DNA from: Tegillarca granosa
Taxonomy: Eukaryota
Length of the DNA stretch: 64,000 bases
Direction of reading: 5' to 3'
NCBI GenBank assembly: GCA_029721355.1
Contig: CM056596.1
Span: forward strand, 16,311,055-16,375,054
Of this stretch, positions 35,467-47,340 are shown piece by piece (position 1 is the stretch's first letter; every line of letters begins with the position of its first letter). Under the pieces are notes generated by a model. The model did no database searches. It was not told where the DNA came from and saw only the letters and a list, made by a program, of their open reading frames with translations. The translations under genes were made by a program, and so were the position numbers.

Positions 35467-37029
35467 GTAAGTATCAAATCTACATACTAGCTTAAACATT
35501 GTCCTCTCAAATAATACGGATAAAATAATGCAGAATATATGTTTGTTTTTAAGCTTAATTGTTTATGTTTAAAAATAGGACATTATGTCAATCTGTGTTT
35601 GTTCATTTGTTGTTCTATAAACCACCAATGTTGCATTATTTTTTGGAATTTTCCTGTGTCATAAAGTCCATTGCACCAGGGGTGTGCCAGTTGTCATGTC
35701 AAAATGTACCCCATAGCTTGAAAAAAAAACTGCCTCAAACAGCAGGAGAATATTTCTGCAACTTAGGAAAACTTCCTCTTTAAGGACAGGTGCTCCAATG
35801 AAACATCCTTAAAGTTGTTGGTTAGTCAACATAGAAATAAGTAACAATACACTAACAATATTTATGAATGCGCTAATGAAAATTATGTTAGACAACTTTT
35901 TGTACTGGATTTAATTATTTGTAAAGAGTTTGTATTTCTTTATAAAATTTTTAATCTCCTTGATTGGTCTTCCATAAGCTGTGAATAAGCTGTTAGTAAT
36001 GAATTGAAAAAAATTGAGGTGACAGAAATAAACATGTTTACCTTATAGATTTATTGTTGTATTGCCTTCACTGGTTTTAGTGAATTTAATTTAATGAAAG
36101 TGCTCTAGATTTATTTTAGCCTAAAATTAATTATATTGCTGTAGAATTGCCATATATATACTCTGTCATCCATTAATTATTAGACATGTTTTAAACTGGT
36201 TATATCATTACATTGAAAACATCATCCTGCTAACACTGAAAGATTTTGCTTTAGACAGTGGTTTTATCTTGAAAAATTTATTCTTCCCAAGAGTTTCTAA
36301 AATATTCTGTTTTCAAGAAAAACAGGATTACTGCATACATTTATTTCTAAAGTTAAGAAATCATTTCAAATACTGCAAAAAACTTCAATAAAACAAATTC
36401 TATAAATGAAGTTTGACATGATGGCTAAATTATAAACTAATGGAAAAAATAAAAAGATGGCTGTGAATAGACTACATTTATATAGGATGCTTAATCTATT
36501 AACTTAACATTAATATAAATGCTTATAGTCATAAGCCAATCTGAAAAAATATTAAATGAATCTACCAAATAAGATGAATTCTCACTGCAAACAAGGCATA
36601 TGTATGATTTTCAATGGCTACTAGTATGCATTAGCATCATCTGTAGTTGTAATGGGTCGTCTACCTTTTTTTTTTACAACTCTTCATGTGTATTTGGTGT
36701 GTTCCTGTGTACTGAACCATGGTTGGAGTCTCATTCAAAGGTTTTACTTAGTAACCAATATCATAACATAGCTATGTATAGAAGAAGAGTATTGATGTTT
36801 TGACTTCCAGTCAAGCTTCTTTTTTTTTTCTTTTATTGAGGCAGATTGTATAAAAGTTTCAGTTAGATTGAATTGTATTTTATGCTTAGGCAAGCAAAAT
36901 GACAGTTTTTTTTCACACTAGAATCTGCACGAGTAGGATTTGAAAGTCAGCAGTAAGAGTTGCTTTTATCTATTAGAATGTGCTTTAGGCCACTTGGCCA
37001 CCCTATAGAAAGAGATATAAATAATATCA

Positions 37030-37290
37030 TAATATTTCCAAGCCTTAGGAGTGGAGTGGAGTAATGGTGTTTTACGCCCCAGTCAAGAATCTTTCACTTA
37101 TTTCGAGGCGGTCAGTTCTGGGATGGTGGAGGAAACCGGAGTGCCCAGAGAAAACCAGCGACCTTCGGTCCGAGCCTTAAGTAATTTTTGAACTACAATC
37201 TTTGATTCAAGCACCAGTAGAAATTGGCTACACATTTGACTGGGCACATCTTGATATAAGTAACATATCTTTGACTTGTTATAAGTAACA
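37030..37290 (-). mobile_element. SINE sharing its central domain with the element at 10340-10700
   Basis: gagtaatggtgttttacgccccagtcaagaatctttcacttatttcgag matches gtaatggtatttaatgtcccagtcaagaatatttcacttatatcgag at 10370-10415. Confidence 0.55.
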
Positions 37291-39006
37291 TATATCTTTG
37301 ACATTTACAATTAAACAGACAACTTGACATTAATCATTAGCAGTACTTAAAATGTCAGATTGATTCACTATGAGATTTATTAATTTATTAACATATTAAA
37401 AGTAATTAATTAAGAACATTTGTTTCAACTTTTGTAAGTTAAAAATCTTGAGATATTACATGGGTTTGCCAAATGTACATATTTCTTGGGGATTCATGGG
37501 CATTCTTACCTAAGTTTTTCCTAGGAAACATATGTATAAAAAATGTACAATCTGGGGCAATTTGACACTTGATCATTTCTATGAGAATTTAACAGTAAAT
37601 ATTTTGATCTTGAGATTGATTGGGAGTTTAATTTTGTGTCTCATGATTATTATGTTTGAGTAGAGATGTGTGATTATTTGATGGATTAACTGTAACTGAG
37701 ACTTGTTTTGTTCTCCACTTTGTGTAGGTACTTATCTTAACATTCCCTTATCTACTAATAAAATGTCAATATAGTGCAGTTTAAGGACTCACTTAATTTG
37801 TTATCAAAGTCATAATTGAAATATCAAATTGTTAATTTAAAAACTTGTTAAATTGTCATAAAATAAATACAAATAATCAAGGTCAAGGGTCAACATGTGC
37901 TTATCACATGTATAGAACAGGAAGGGTTTTTTGTCACGTAAACAAGGAATAATTTAATTATTGATGTATATCTAGATATATGTGTGGGTATAATCTATAT
38001 ATACATATTTATTATTTACTGGTAATTGGCATATTGTTGTTTAAATACGATGGTAAATGATCAAATGTACACAGATTTATAAGAGGTAATACATCTTTTA
38101 TTAAATTCATAATTAAAAGCTGAAATAAATTTTTCCCAGGTTTCATTAATTCAGTTTTCATCATTTTGCATACTGTGATATTTTGGTGTTCTAAAATGTA
38201 TTTTGAGCCTGAGTGTTTGATGGGCTCCAGTTGTTGGTAAATGTGGAAAGATAACAAAAACAAATGCTGGGACCAGATATATCTGTTAGTTATCATCCAT
38301 ATTATCTGATAGAATATTGTTTAAGTTATTTAAGACCTTACTTTTCCAGCACATTTTGATTTTAAATGTAGTTTTGTATTTTCATCTGAATCATAGATAT
38401 AAAAACAAATCAGCAATAATTATATTTATTATTTATGATTACCGGTAGTTGATATTTTTTTTCTTTGTGTGAAAAAAAGTCAAAAATGGGAAAACTGATA
38501 TTCTAGCAATGTTGCATACAATATAGTGAATCTGACATGAAATGGTAGCATTTTCCACATTATTTCATCATACATTTATTTTTCACATTAAGTTAATAGA
38601 ATTTTACCTCAAAAATAAAGCAAAAAGGCTTATAACTTGTATCAGTACACCTTACAAAGTATCTTATGTTATTGTAGATGACTGCATGATGAATAATACC
38701 CTTAGTAAAAATCTCAGGTAAATCTTTACTAATGATTTGTGACCACTATTAGACATGTAAAATAAATCTTGATGTATGTAATGTATTGTATCCTTATTAG
38801 ATCCATCAATTAAATAATTGGTGATCATGATTGAATTCTGAATATACATGTATAATCAAAGATAAATTCATTCTTTAACTTTCAGGCAGGATTTAGATAC
38901 TTCTATGTGTTATATGTTTTTCCATGGGCACAGAATTGGTCATCATTCATATATACATGTGATTTATGCTTATTGCAATGATTTAAGATGTTGACATTAT
39001 TTTCAG

Positions 39007-39201
39007 AAATTTATCAAAGATCCATACACAACAACATTGGGAGGTTTTTCAAAAGTGACAAACTTTTTGCGAGATGTGTTAATTGTTCAAGATGCCTCTG
39101 TTACACGACCTCGTGAAGAGATGGCTGACATACTACAAGAGGATATACCTGGAATGGAAATTAGTCAACAAGATGAACCAGGCTTTGAAGTTGTCACAAA
39201 G
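39007..39201 (+). CDS. TBC1D15: TBC1D15-like exon
   Basis: Acceptor acattattttcag and donor gtaatt. Peptide KFIKDPYTTTLGGFSKVTNFLRDVLIVQDASVTRPREEMADILQEDIPGMEISQQDEPGFEVVTK matches human KKIKWHPYTTALSGFSKVTNYL...RPPSEMADFL.DAIPGLKINQQEEPGFEVITR. Confidence 0.9.
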
Positions 39202-39424
39202 GTAATTTGTTTCAAGCTGCTTAAAAATATTATTATGAATTTAACAACCCCCTAAAAAGCACTGGTAGAACAAAGGGGCATTTATTGTTCCATTTGTCTG
39301 TTTTTTTCCCCCATTTTCTGCTTCTTTAAATTCTTGAAATGCTCAAATCACTAAAATAACCATCTTGTGACACTGTCGCACTTATTTAATTATAAATTTA
39401 TTATTATTATTATTATTATTATAG

Positions 39425-39553
39425 ACAAAAATGCCAAATCGTCCAGAAGTTACAAGAAGTGATCCATTGACATCCCAGCAGTGGTCTAAACATATGGACA
39501 GTGAAGGAAGGATTAAAGATGTGGAGCACCTTAAAGATGTTATATTTAGAGGG
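39425..39553 (+). CDS. TBC1D15: TBC1D15-like exon
   Basis: Acceptor (tat)n-atag and donor gtaggt. Peptide TKMPNRPEVTRSDPLTSQQWSKHMDSEGRIKDVEHLKDVIFRG matches human ...RPVVQRREPVSLEEWTKNIDSEGRILNVDNMKQMIFRGG. Confidence 0.88.
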
Positions 39554-40551
39554 GTAGGTTTATTTTAAGGTCCATGGTTTATAAAATAAGAGGGATGGTT
39601 TGACCCTACCAGAAGTACTTTAACCACACAACTGGACATTATTTTGGCATTGTGTTCAGTGATAATCAACAGTCCAGTGTTAAAATCAGTGGCCTTAGCA
39701 TGTTTATAAATATCATGTATTATTTTCTTGCTTCATTTGTTTGTTGTTTCTTGTTCTTGGTTGCATTTGCTGAAACAGAATGCAGGTTTTGGTTTCAATT
39801 ACAAAATAATATTAACAAATAAAAATTTGAACCTATATCCTTGTTGTTCACAATTATGTAAGAGTCCACTGTTGGATCCAAATGGATTCAAAAGATTCTT
39901 TTTATTAAATTATAAATCATATATTTTAGAAAGAACTCAACAATTGAGTTAAGTAATTTCCTAAAATATATAAAATAATATTAAGTAATACTTTATTTCA
40001 TTGTATTTACAAATGGTTCATCATTTATTCAGTTTGTGCATGACCAACAGAAATTATCATTCCAAAAGTTCAGTAAAATCAAAGTTAAGTTTTTTATAAA
40101 AGAGAATGTTCTTGATTTTAGCTAGTGGTTAAAAAATTAGGAAAACTTACTTATTATACCACGGACAAACTTAAAAACTTAAACAGACCCTTGAAATATG
40201 GAACATTTTCTCTGTGTGGGAAAATGAAAAAATGATGGTGTCCTCAAACTGTCAAACCTTAATAAAGCATCATCTTTGTTGGTGTAAAGATGTTTGTGAA
40301 AGTACTAAAACTTATACAATATCCATATAGAGTAAATTTTATCATCCATTATTAAAGTGTTTTGATAGACAGATATTTATATGAGCCAAACCATACAATC
40401 CTAGACCTAAAAACACTTTTGTTGTTAACAGTTGGTTGGATTTCAGCTACAATGGTAGAAGTGAATTTTTATTTGGAACAGTGTTTAATTTTCTAATGAT
40501 TGAGAAAAAAGAATGCTTATATGATGCCATACTTATTTTCATTAGGGTGTA

Positions 40552-40649
40552 GAACCTTCAATAAGAGTAGAGGTATGGAAGTTTCTCCTTGGCTACTACC
40601 AGTGGCAATCAACATATAAAACCAGAACAGATGAGAGAAAAAGGAGAGT
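40552..40649 (+). CDS. TBC1D15: TBC1D15-like exon (start of TBC domain); the distal of two candidate acceptors is used
   Basis: Peptide NLQIRVEVWKFLLGYYQWQSTYKTRTDERKRR(V) matches human GLSHALRKQAWKFLLGYFPWDSTKEERTQLQKQK. The upstream AG at 40543-40544 would be out of frame. The AG at 40550-40551 restores the frame and the same spacing as human. Donor gtaagt at 40650. Confidence 0.7.
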
Positions 40650-40945
40650 GTAAGTTACACTAACTTATATTACATAGTACTGTATGTTATGCATTAAATT
40701 GGTTAACTCTCGATTTTTTGTATTGTAATTATAACTAGTTTCTTTTGTTTTTAACACTTCATTTATTACAGAAATAGCAATAAAAAAATTATGATAGTTT
40801 GGTTTATGAAGGCATATGTACATGTAGTTTTTCTAACACTTTTTACATGTAATTCAAACAATTCCAGCATTTTCAAATAAGTTGAGGTAACTGATGATCT
40901 TATTCATCTCTCACCTTTTGATCTGTAATTTCAGAATGCTGTAGA

Positions 40946-40946
<1 letters not shown>

Positions 40947-41004
<58 letters not shown>
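40947..41004. repeat. (TG)n microsatellite, about 29 units, in the TBC1D15 intron 78 bp upstream of the exon starting at 41082
   Basis: Perfect GT/TG tract. ORF-track entry 40948..41217 (MCVCVCV...) is an artefact. Confidence 0.95.
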
Positions 41005-41005
<1 letters not shown>

Positions 41006-41081
41006 CATTTTTTCTGTTAAAACTTTGCTGTAACATATATGTTTTGTGTCAGTTTAATATAATTTTCTTATTTTCTTGTAG

Positions 41082-41176
41082 AGATGACTATTTCCGTATG
41101 AAACTGCAATGGAAAACCATCAATGCAGAACAAGAAAAAAGATTTTCATTATTAAAGGAAAGAAAATGTTTAATAG
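41082..41176 (+). CDS. TBC1D15: TBC1D15-like exon
   Basis: Acceptor ttattttcttgtag and donor gtaatt. Peptide (V)DDYFRMKLQWKTINAEQEKRFSLLKERKCLI matches human TDEYFRMKLQWKSISQEQEKRNSRLRDYRSLI. Confidence 0.9.
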
Positions 41177-41829
41177 GTAATTTTTTCCAAATTTTGTCAT
41201 TACATTTGATCCCTTGAGTATTAATTTAACATACATGTAGGAATTTGTCATATTATCTTTTATGTAAATATGCAACTGATAAAGATGGTTCGCTATGTCT
41301 AAGTTTTCCTCAGTTATTGTAAAATTAAAAGGCTCTAGGTCCTATGAATGAGAATGTATGAACTAATATTTTATTTCATCATACTTAGCATGTAATAGAA
41401 CCATTGTTCCTCATTTTAAAAGAAAAACGTTGAAGTCTCTCCTCAGATATAGGTTCATTCTTCAACTTTCAGGCATGTTGAGTCAGTGCTTTTCCTGGTG
41501 TACAATTTTCCCCTGAGCAAACAACATTCGATCATCTCAGTAATATCTCCAAGTATCAGTTCTGTATGAGGAATTGGAACAATGTAAAACTTAATGTCCT
41601 TTTGATAGTTAACAAAGCAAACTAATTCATTAACCTGCATTCTTAACTACTTGACCACATGGTCCATATAAATGCACATCACATGTGTATAAATTTCTGG
41701 GTTGTAGCCAATAGGTGGCGTTATCTCAGTTAAGGGGGGATAATCTTGTTTAGGATATAAATTCCCATTTCATTGAATCATTCACATACAATTAACTGTA
41801 ATATTTGATTAATAATTTGACTTTTTCAG

Positions 41830-41946
41830 AAAAAGACGTGACCAGAACAGACAGAACACATAATTTTTTTGAAGGAGAAATGAACCCAAATCTACAAGTA
41901 TTAAATGATATTCTGATGACCTATTGTATGTATAATTTTGATTTAG
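41830..41946 (+). CDS. TBC1D15: TBC1D15-like exon (TBC domain)
   Basis: Acceptor ctttttcag and donor gtaagt. Peptide (E)KDVTRTDRTHNFFEGEMNPNLQVLNDILMTYCMYNFDL(G) matches human EKDVNRTDRTNKFYEGQDNPGLILLHDILMTYCMYDFDLG, including the arginine-finger region. Confidence 0.92.
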
Positions 41947-42049
41947 GTAAGTAACTATAAATCAGAATTAATATCTACTTTGTAGATGCTTTGTCTTGAA
42001 ATATTTTATATAATTGTGTTCAATTATAGCAAATTTGTTGCGAAGTGGC

Positions 42050-42310
42050 ACAGTCAATTTTACACATTTAAAATATTTATTTCTACCTATCGAACCCCTG
42101 CTAGGTCTGACCATTGAAAATTGGTAGTGACTTTTCTTTTGCCAAGGGTCCTTCGGAAGAGACCTTAAAAAGCACAGCAAGTGTGGCATGCCAAAGAACC
42201 TTCCCTGCACATTATTCTAAGCACACTGCAAAGGTAAAGGTTTCTGATACTTCACCTATAACTGGTGACTTCTTGATATAAGTGAAATATTCTTGACTCA
42301 TTAAATCAAT
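42050..42310 (+). mobile_element. SINE fragment (tail family of 14590-14900) in a TBC1D15 intron; related tail piece at 43340-43470
   Basis: ttgaaaattggtagtgacttttcttttgccaag ... tataactggtgacttcttgatataagtgaaatattcttgactcattaaatcaatca is collinear with 14690-14930. Confidence 0.55.
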
Positions 42311-42658
42311 CACAGCAGTCATGTAAAAGTGATCTGTGGTTTAATTTTATTCATGAAAATTCAGTGGGCATTAACTTGGTTGAAGGAACAGCCACTAACA
42401 TCCTTGTTATTATTTATGACTGGGGTTTCTTAGGAAAAAATCTGTTCATTGTAAAAGAAAAGAAATTTGATTTAATCATTTTAAAGAACATTTGTATTGC
42501 ATAATAATAACTTATTTCAGTTTTAAAAATTGGATGTTTTAATAATTTAATGGCATGAATTTATGATAAACTTATGAAAGTTTTTTGTTGTATTCAATAT
42601 TTTAAGTATTCTTTTATTTGTACAGTAACCATGAGAACGATTTTTTTACATTATTTAG

Positions 42659-42759
42659 GTTATGTACAAGGTATGAGTGATTTACTCTCACCTATTCTTG
42701 TTGTCATGGAGAATGAAGTAGATGCTTTCTGGTGTTTCTCTGGCCTCATGGAAAGATTG
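42659..42759 (+). CDS. TBC1D15: TBC1D15-like exon (TBC domain, YxQ motif)
   Basis: Acceptor ttacattatttag and donor gtaaac. Peptide (G)YVQGMSDLLSPILVVMENEVDAFWCFSGLMERL matches human GYVQGMSDLLSPLLYVMENEVDAFWCFASYMDQM. Confidence 0.92.
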
Positions 42760-42928
42760 GTAAACTTCTTATTAGAATACTTATAAGCATATATTTTCAA
42801 ATTTATTTTATGTAATTATTTGTTACACTTTATAATTGTTTTTACTGAAAATTACCATGTGTATTATTTAATTTTTTTTTACATGTTCATGTTAATGTTT
42901 TGAAATTTCCATCATTTTGTTGTTTTAG

Positions 42929-43028
42929 TGTACCAATTTTGAGATGGATCAGAAAGGCATGAAGGTTCAATTATCTCAGATACACAAGCTGATGCAGTTC
43001 GTTGATCCCGAGTTATGTAATTATTTAG
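42929..43028 (+). CDS. TBC1D15: TBC1D15-like exon
   Basis: Acceptor ttgttgttttag and donor gtaatc. Peptide CTNFEMDQKGMKVQLSQIHKLMQFVDPELCNYL matches human HQNFEEQMQGMKTQLIQLSTLLRLLDSGFCSYL. Confidence 0.88.
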
Positions 43029-44014
43029 GTAATCAATCATGTACATTTCCTACATACTGTATTTAGAGGAAATTATGTGTTCCTCGTCCTCAGAATACAA
43101 AAATCTAGTTTACCAAGAAAATTTGATCATCAGTTAAACCACTGGCATTTTAGGATCTGAATTTATTCTTGAAGTATGAAATTTTGGATCTCCTTTATAT
43201 GTATGCTAGCCATGAAAAACTGCAAAATTGCTCATGTGGCTTCAAACATCATCTTGCTTACTCATCTTTATATGTATATTTTTCTATTTAAAATAAATTA
43301 TACAACAATATGAGAAGTGAAATGTCTGTCAGTTCAATTGCCAAAAGTGTGTGGTTTTCTCCTGGCACTGATTACTTCCACTGCTACAGAATGACCACTT
43401 CAATATAAGTGAATGAATCTTGACTGAGTTGTAAAATAACATTAATTCAATCCAATCAAACAACTAGAATTATATTTTGTTAATATCAAAGATTGTTAAG
43501 GTGAAAAGAAAAAATGGGAATGAATAAATTATTACCTAATTGTTATATGCTTTCACCTTCTACATTTAAATCACTGATCTCAATGGAAAAGCCAAATTCA
43601 TGTAGATGTGGATATAACTGCAGATTTAACACAAAGTTTTTATGCCCTGTCTCATACATATATGTAGCAAGGTATTATGTTTTTACATCTTGTATTCTTG
43701 TTGTTTATTTGTATACATCTCATCATGCTTTGGATTCCAAGCAACAGCTTTTGATATTTCCAACAATTTTAATGATGCTTGGAATGTTGCTTTATACAAA
43801 TATATATTGATGAAATGTAGTTATTAGAATTTGAGTTTTTTTGGTCAAGCTATATTGGCGTTATTGCCTCCTTAAAGGAAAATTGGCATTTATGCAAAAC
43901 CCGGATGACTTAAGGTGAGCCATAGTGTTCATTCCCTGGTCAAGTTTCTATCACGTATTGGATGATAAATTCAGTTATATATTCTTGTTTATTTTTCCAT
44001 TTTTTCTGTTGTAG

Positions 44015-44112
44015 AGAGTCATGATTCAGGAAACTTTTATTTTTGTTTTCGTTGGCTGTTAATTATGTTTAAGAGAGAATTTTCTTTCCCAGATGTCCAG
44101 CGATTATGGGAG
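44015..44112 (+). CDS. TBC1D15: TBC1D15-like exon
   Basis: Acceptor tttctgttgtag and donor gtaagt. Peptide (E)SHDSGNFYFCFRWLLIMFKREFSFPDVQRLWE matches human ESQDSGYLYFCFRWLLIRFKREFSFLDILRLWE. Confidence 0.92.
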
Positions 44113-44794
44113 GTAAGTGTAATCAATAAATAGGTCATATGATAAACAGCATGGTAGAGCTCAATGCTTAGTCCTTTATTAAACAGAGTGTGAATGTAAG
44201 TTGTTCCCATAAATTTAACGTCAAATCATTTTTTGTTTCACCTGAGACAGCAGCAAGACATAGATTTTATTTTTCCAATTTCAATGTATCAAAATGTGAA
44301 TGTTGTATGATGAAGTTACTTTTAAACCTAATTTGAACCTTATTACAAGTTAATAAAGGAAATAGACAACTTGAAGATATTTTATTCAGTGAAACCATTG
44401 TAACAGTTTAAGTGCTTAATAACAAGACAGTTTTACTTATGCCTCAGGAAGAATCAGTACACAAAGTCTAGATGTGAGTATTTACAGTTTTTGATCTGTT
44501 GTTAATTAGGAAAATCTTTAGGTAATACAGTATTTGATGTGCTGGTACACTAGCCCACAATTTTTCAGATTAAAAAAAAAAAAAAAACTCTCACACCATT
44601 ATACTAGACTACATGTAGTAATGATTCACTCACTTAAATTTGTTTTATTTGAAAGGATGAAAGAAACATTAGAACCAATATACGAAGAATAATCAATATA
44701 CATGTACAAAAATTAATCTTTGAGTAATTTTCCTTGGCTCTTTGGTAAATTTCATTTCATTAGCGTTTTACTATTTAATTTAAATGATTTGTAG

Positions 44795-44911
44795 GTAATG
44801 TGGACAGATAGACCATGTAAAAATTTCCACCTGCTACTTTGTCTTGCCATCTTAGACACAGAAAAAAATACACTGATGGAAAATAAATTTGGATTTACAG
44901 AAATCTTAAAG
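44795..44911 (+). CDS. TBC1D15: TBC1D15-like exon
   Basis: Acceptor aatgatttgtag and donor gtactt. Peptide VMWTDRPCKNFHLLLCLAILDTEKNTLMENKFGFTEILK matches human VMWTELPCTNFHLLLCCAILESEKQQIMEKHYGFNEILK. Confidence 0.92.
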
Positions 44912-45574
44912 GTACTTATTTTATATATTTAAATATTTTGTGTTTGTTAAAAATGTCTAGCTGTATAGCTAGATTAACTTAAAACATAAAATAGTGAATG
45001 TCTGTTCCAGCTTGTCTGTACATTTACATTATCACATTCTGTAACATTTAATTGGCATGTTTCTTCTGTTAATGTTTGTGGTGAGATTTCATGTTGGATT
45101 TTCAGATTCAAATGTTAATGGGTTTCTACATCAACTGACTATTAGATAGGAAAAGTAAAAGTCCTTTGACTGACCTGTATTGAATATAGAAAATGTTACA
45201 TCATAGCTCCAGTGTGAAATTGTTAATATGATCTCAAGCATAAGCAACTGATTTTGAATTTTTATGATTGCCTAGAATTCCCTACAATTGTGATGTCTGA
45301 TATAAAACATTCATTCAAACAGATGTTATCATGGGAACATATAAATAGTTTTAATCCATCTATATAGGAGGTAAATTATCATTTAATTATGCTCTAGCAA
45401 GATCGTTTTACTAGATTATCAACATCAAAATAAGTATTACCCAATCTTATGTAGTTTTTATTACCAAGCAAAACAATTTTTTTCAGATTAATTCTGTCCA
45501 TTTGAAGTGTTTTGAAGCACAAAGATTAATATTTCCACGTTTTTTTTTCCATCTGATTATTTTTATATTTTCAG

Positions 45575-45925
45575 CATATAAATGATATGTGTTTTGCAAT
45601 ACATCTACAAGAGACATTAAAAAAAGCTGAAGGCATTTATCTGCAACTTAAACAATGTAAGAAACTTCCTGACCCCATCAAAGAAATCCTGGGTTTTGAA
45701 ATATCACCATGCAGTTCATCATCAAGTTCTAGTAAAACAACACCTTCATCTACACCAATAAATAGAGAAACCACACCAAAATTAGAACTTCCAGTCCATG
45801 TTAAAGAAAACGGGTTTAGTGCACCAAGTTCTGGAACTGGAACAGCAGTTACCACCCCTGATGACAGTAGTATAGAAATTTTACCAGAAAATGCAGAAAA
45901 TGGAATGAACAATTTTTATAACTGA
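45575..45925 (+). CDS. TBC1D15: TBC1D15-like terminal exon incl. stop (TGA 45923-45925)
   Basis: Acceptor tttatattttcag. Peptide HINDMCFAIHLQETLKKAEGIYLQLKQCKKLPDPIKEILGFEISPCSSSSSSSKTTPSS...NGMNNFYN* matches human HINELSMKIDVEDILCKAEAISLQMVKCKELPQAVCEILG followed by a Ser/Thr-rich tail. ORF-track entry 45587..45925 is this exon. Confidence 0.9.
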   Translation, partial: HINDMCFAIHLQETLKKAEGIYLQLKQCKKLPDPIKEILGFEISPCSSSSSSSKTTPSSTPINRETTPKLELPVHVKENGFSAPSSGTGTAVTTPDDSSIEILPENAENGMNNFYN

Positions 45926-47149
45926 ACATTCTACAGAATGAATGACCAAGGTGATATTTGAACAAGTGCAAGTTGTAAAACTGAAGTGCTTGGTATATAG
46001 TAATTTTATGACATCATGCATGTTACATCAATGTCTTGTGACTAGGTGTGCTGATTTCTACGGAAGTTTTAAATGGACATTCTACAAATCTCCATCAGTA
46101 TGATTTATGAACAGTGTTATTGTTGTCAGTAAAAGACAAGAAATGAGTTTGTTAACAAAGTGTGTGATAGCCCTTGGTGAAGACAATGCTCAGACCAGAT
46201 GTTTGTGACAAAATTTTAATTGACTAAAATTTTGCCTGCTGTTGATGTGATATAATGCATTTGATATTAGTCATTGATTCTAATTGTACATATTTACTGT
46301 GTGCTTATTTGATCATTGGCAATGTTAAATAATACTGTATATTATTCTATAATTTTATGTATATTTATTACCCTTTGTCTGAAATCTCTAGCAATGTAGA
46401 AAACATGTAACAACAAGAAAATTTATGAGATTTGTTACATATCTAACAAAAATATCTATATAATTTTGATGTGCCATATGTGCAAATCTCAGAAAATCAT
46501 TCCTCATCAGTGACCCTAGGAACTGAAAAAGTTAAAACTGAAGATACAAAAAACATAAGCCAAACAGTTAAAAATTAATGAATCCAAAGTTCCGAAATTA
46601 TATAAATCTTTAGATATTTACCACTTTCTGAGCAATCAAACATGTGTATCTGATAAAATTGCCCCTTTAAATTTCAAATTTGGCAACACAAGGTACATTT
46701 AATTCTTCATATTCCGGTTTCAAGAATCACGGACCAAAAAAATTCAGAAAGTATCCAGTTCCATGCTCTTTTTATTACCAAGTTAGGTAGTGGTGATAGA
46801 AAAATAAATTGACTACATTATAATGTTTGGAACAAAAAGATAATAATCTCATTTGACTCAAGTTGTAACAAATCTCCTTTGCTGTTGAGTTCTGACAGGG
46901 TAGATAATTGCCATATTGAGCATTACCTGCTGTATATTTATATTAATTTTTAAATGTTTTAATTGTTGATAAATGTTTATAGATGTATATTAGGAAATGT
47001 AATGAGTATAAAAAATGATGTTATTGCTCATTGAATTGAGCTACTGTCTACAAATAATACTTTTTTTCCTAGTGAATTCATCTATGTTTTTCCAAAGGCT
47101 TTCAATTTTTATAGTTTTTATTGATTGATTGAATGATGTTTTATACCTT

Positions 47150-47340
47150 ATTTAAATCCCATTCAGGCAGATCAGACAGATCCTAGTGTGTGACATTTTG
47201 TCAGTTTGCTTGCTGAAGATTGGTGGTTTCCCTTGACACTCCTTTTTTCTCAACCATTCCGAACTGACCACCTTGTCAGTTAAAGAATCTTAACTGGAGT
47301 ACATGTATAAAACACAACTTCTTAACTCAAATCAACCGTT
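47150..47340 (+). mobile_element. tRNA-derived SINE copy (same family as 63235-63480)
   Basis: ggcagatcagacagatcctagtgtgtgacattttgtcagtttgcttgctgaagattggtggtttcccttgacactcc...accattccgaactgaccacc. Further fragments lie at 51000-51130 and 52020-52140. Confidence 0.6.
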
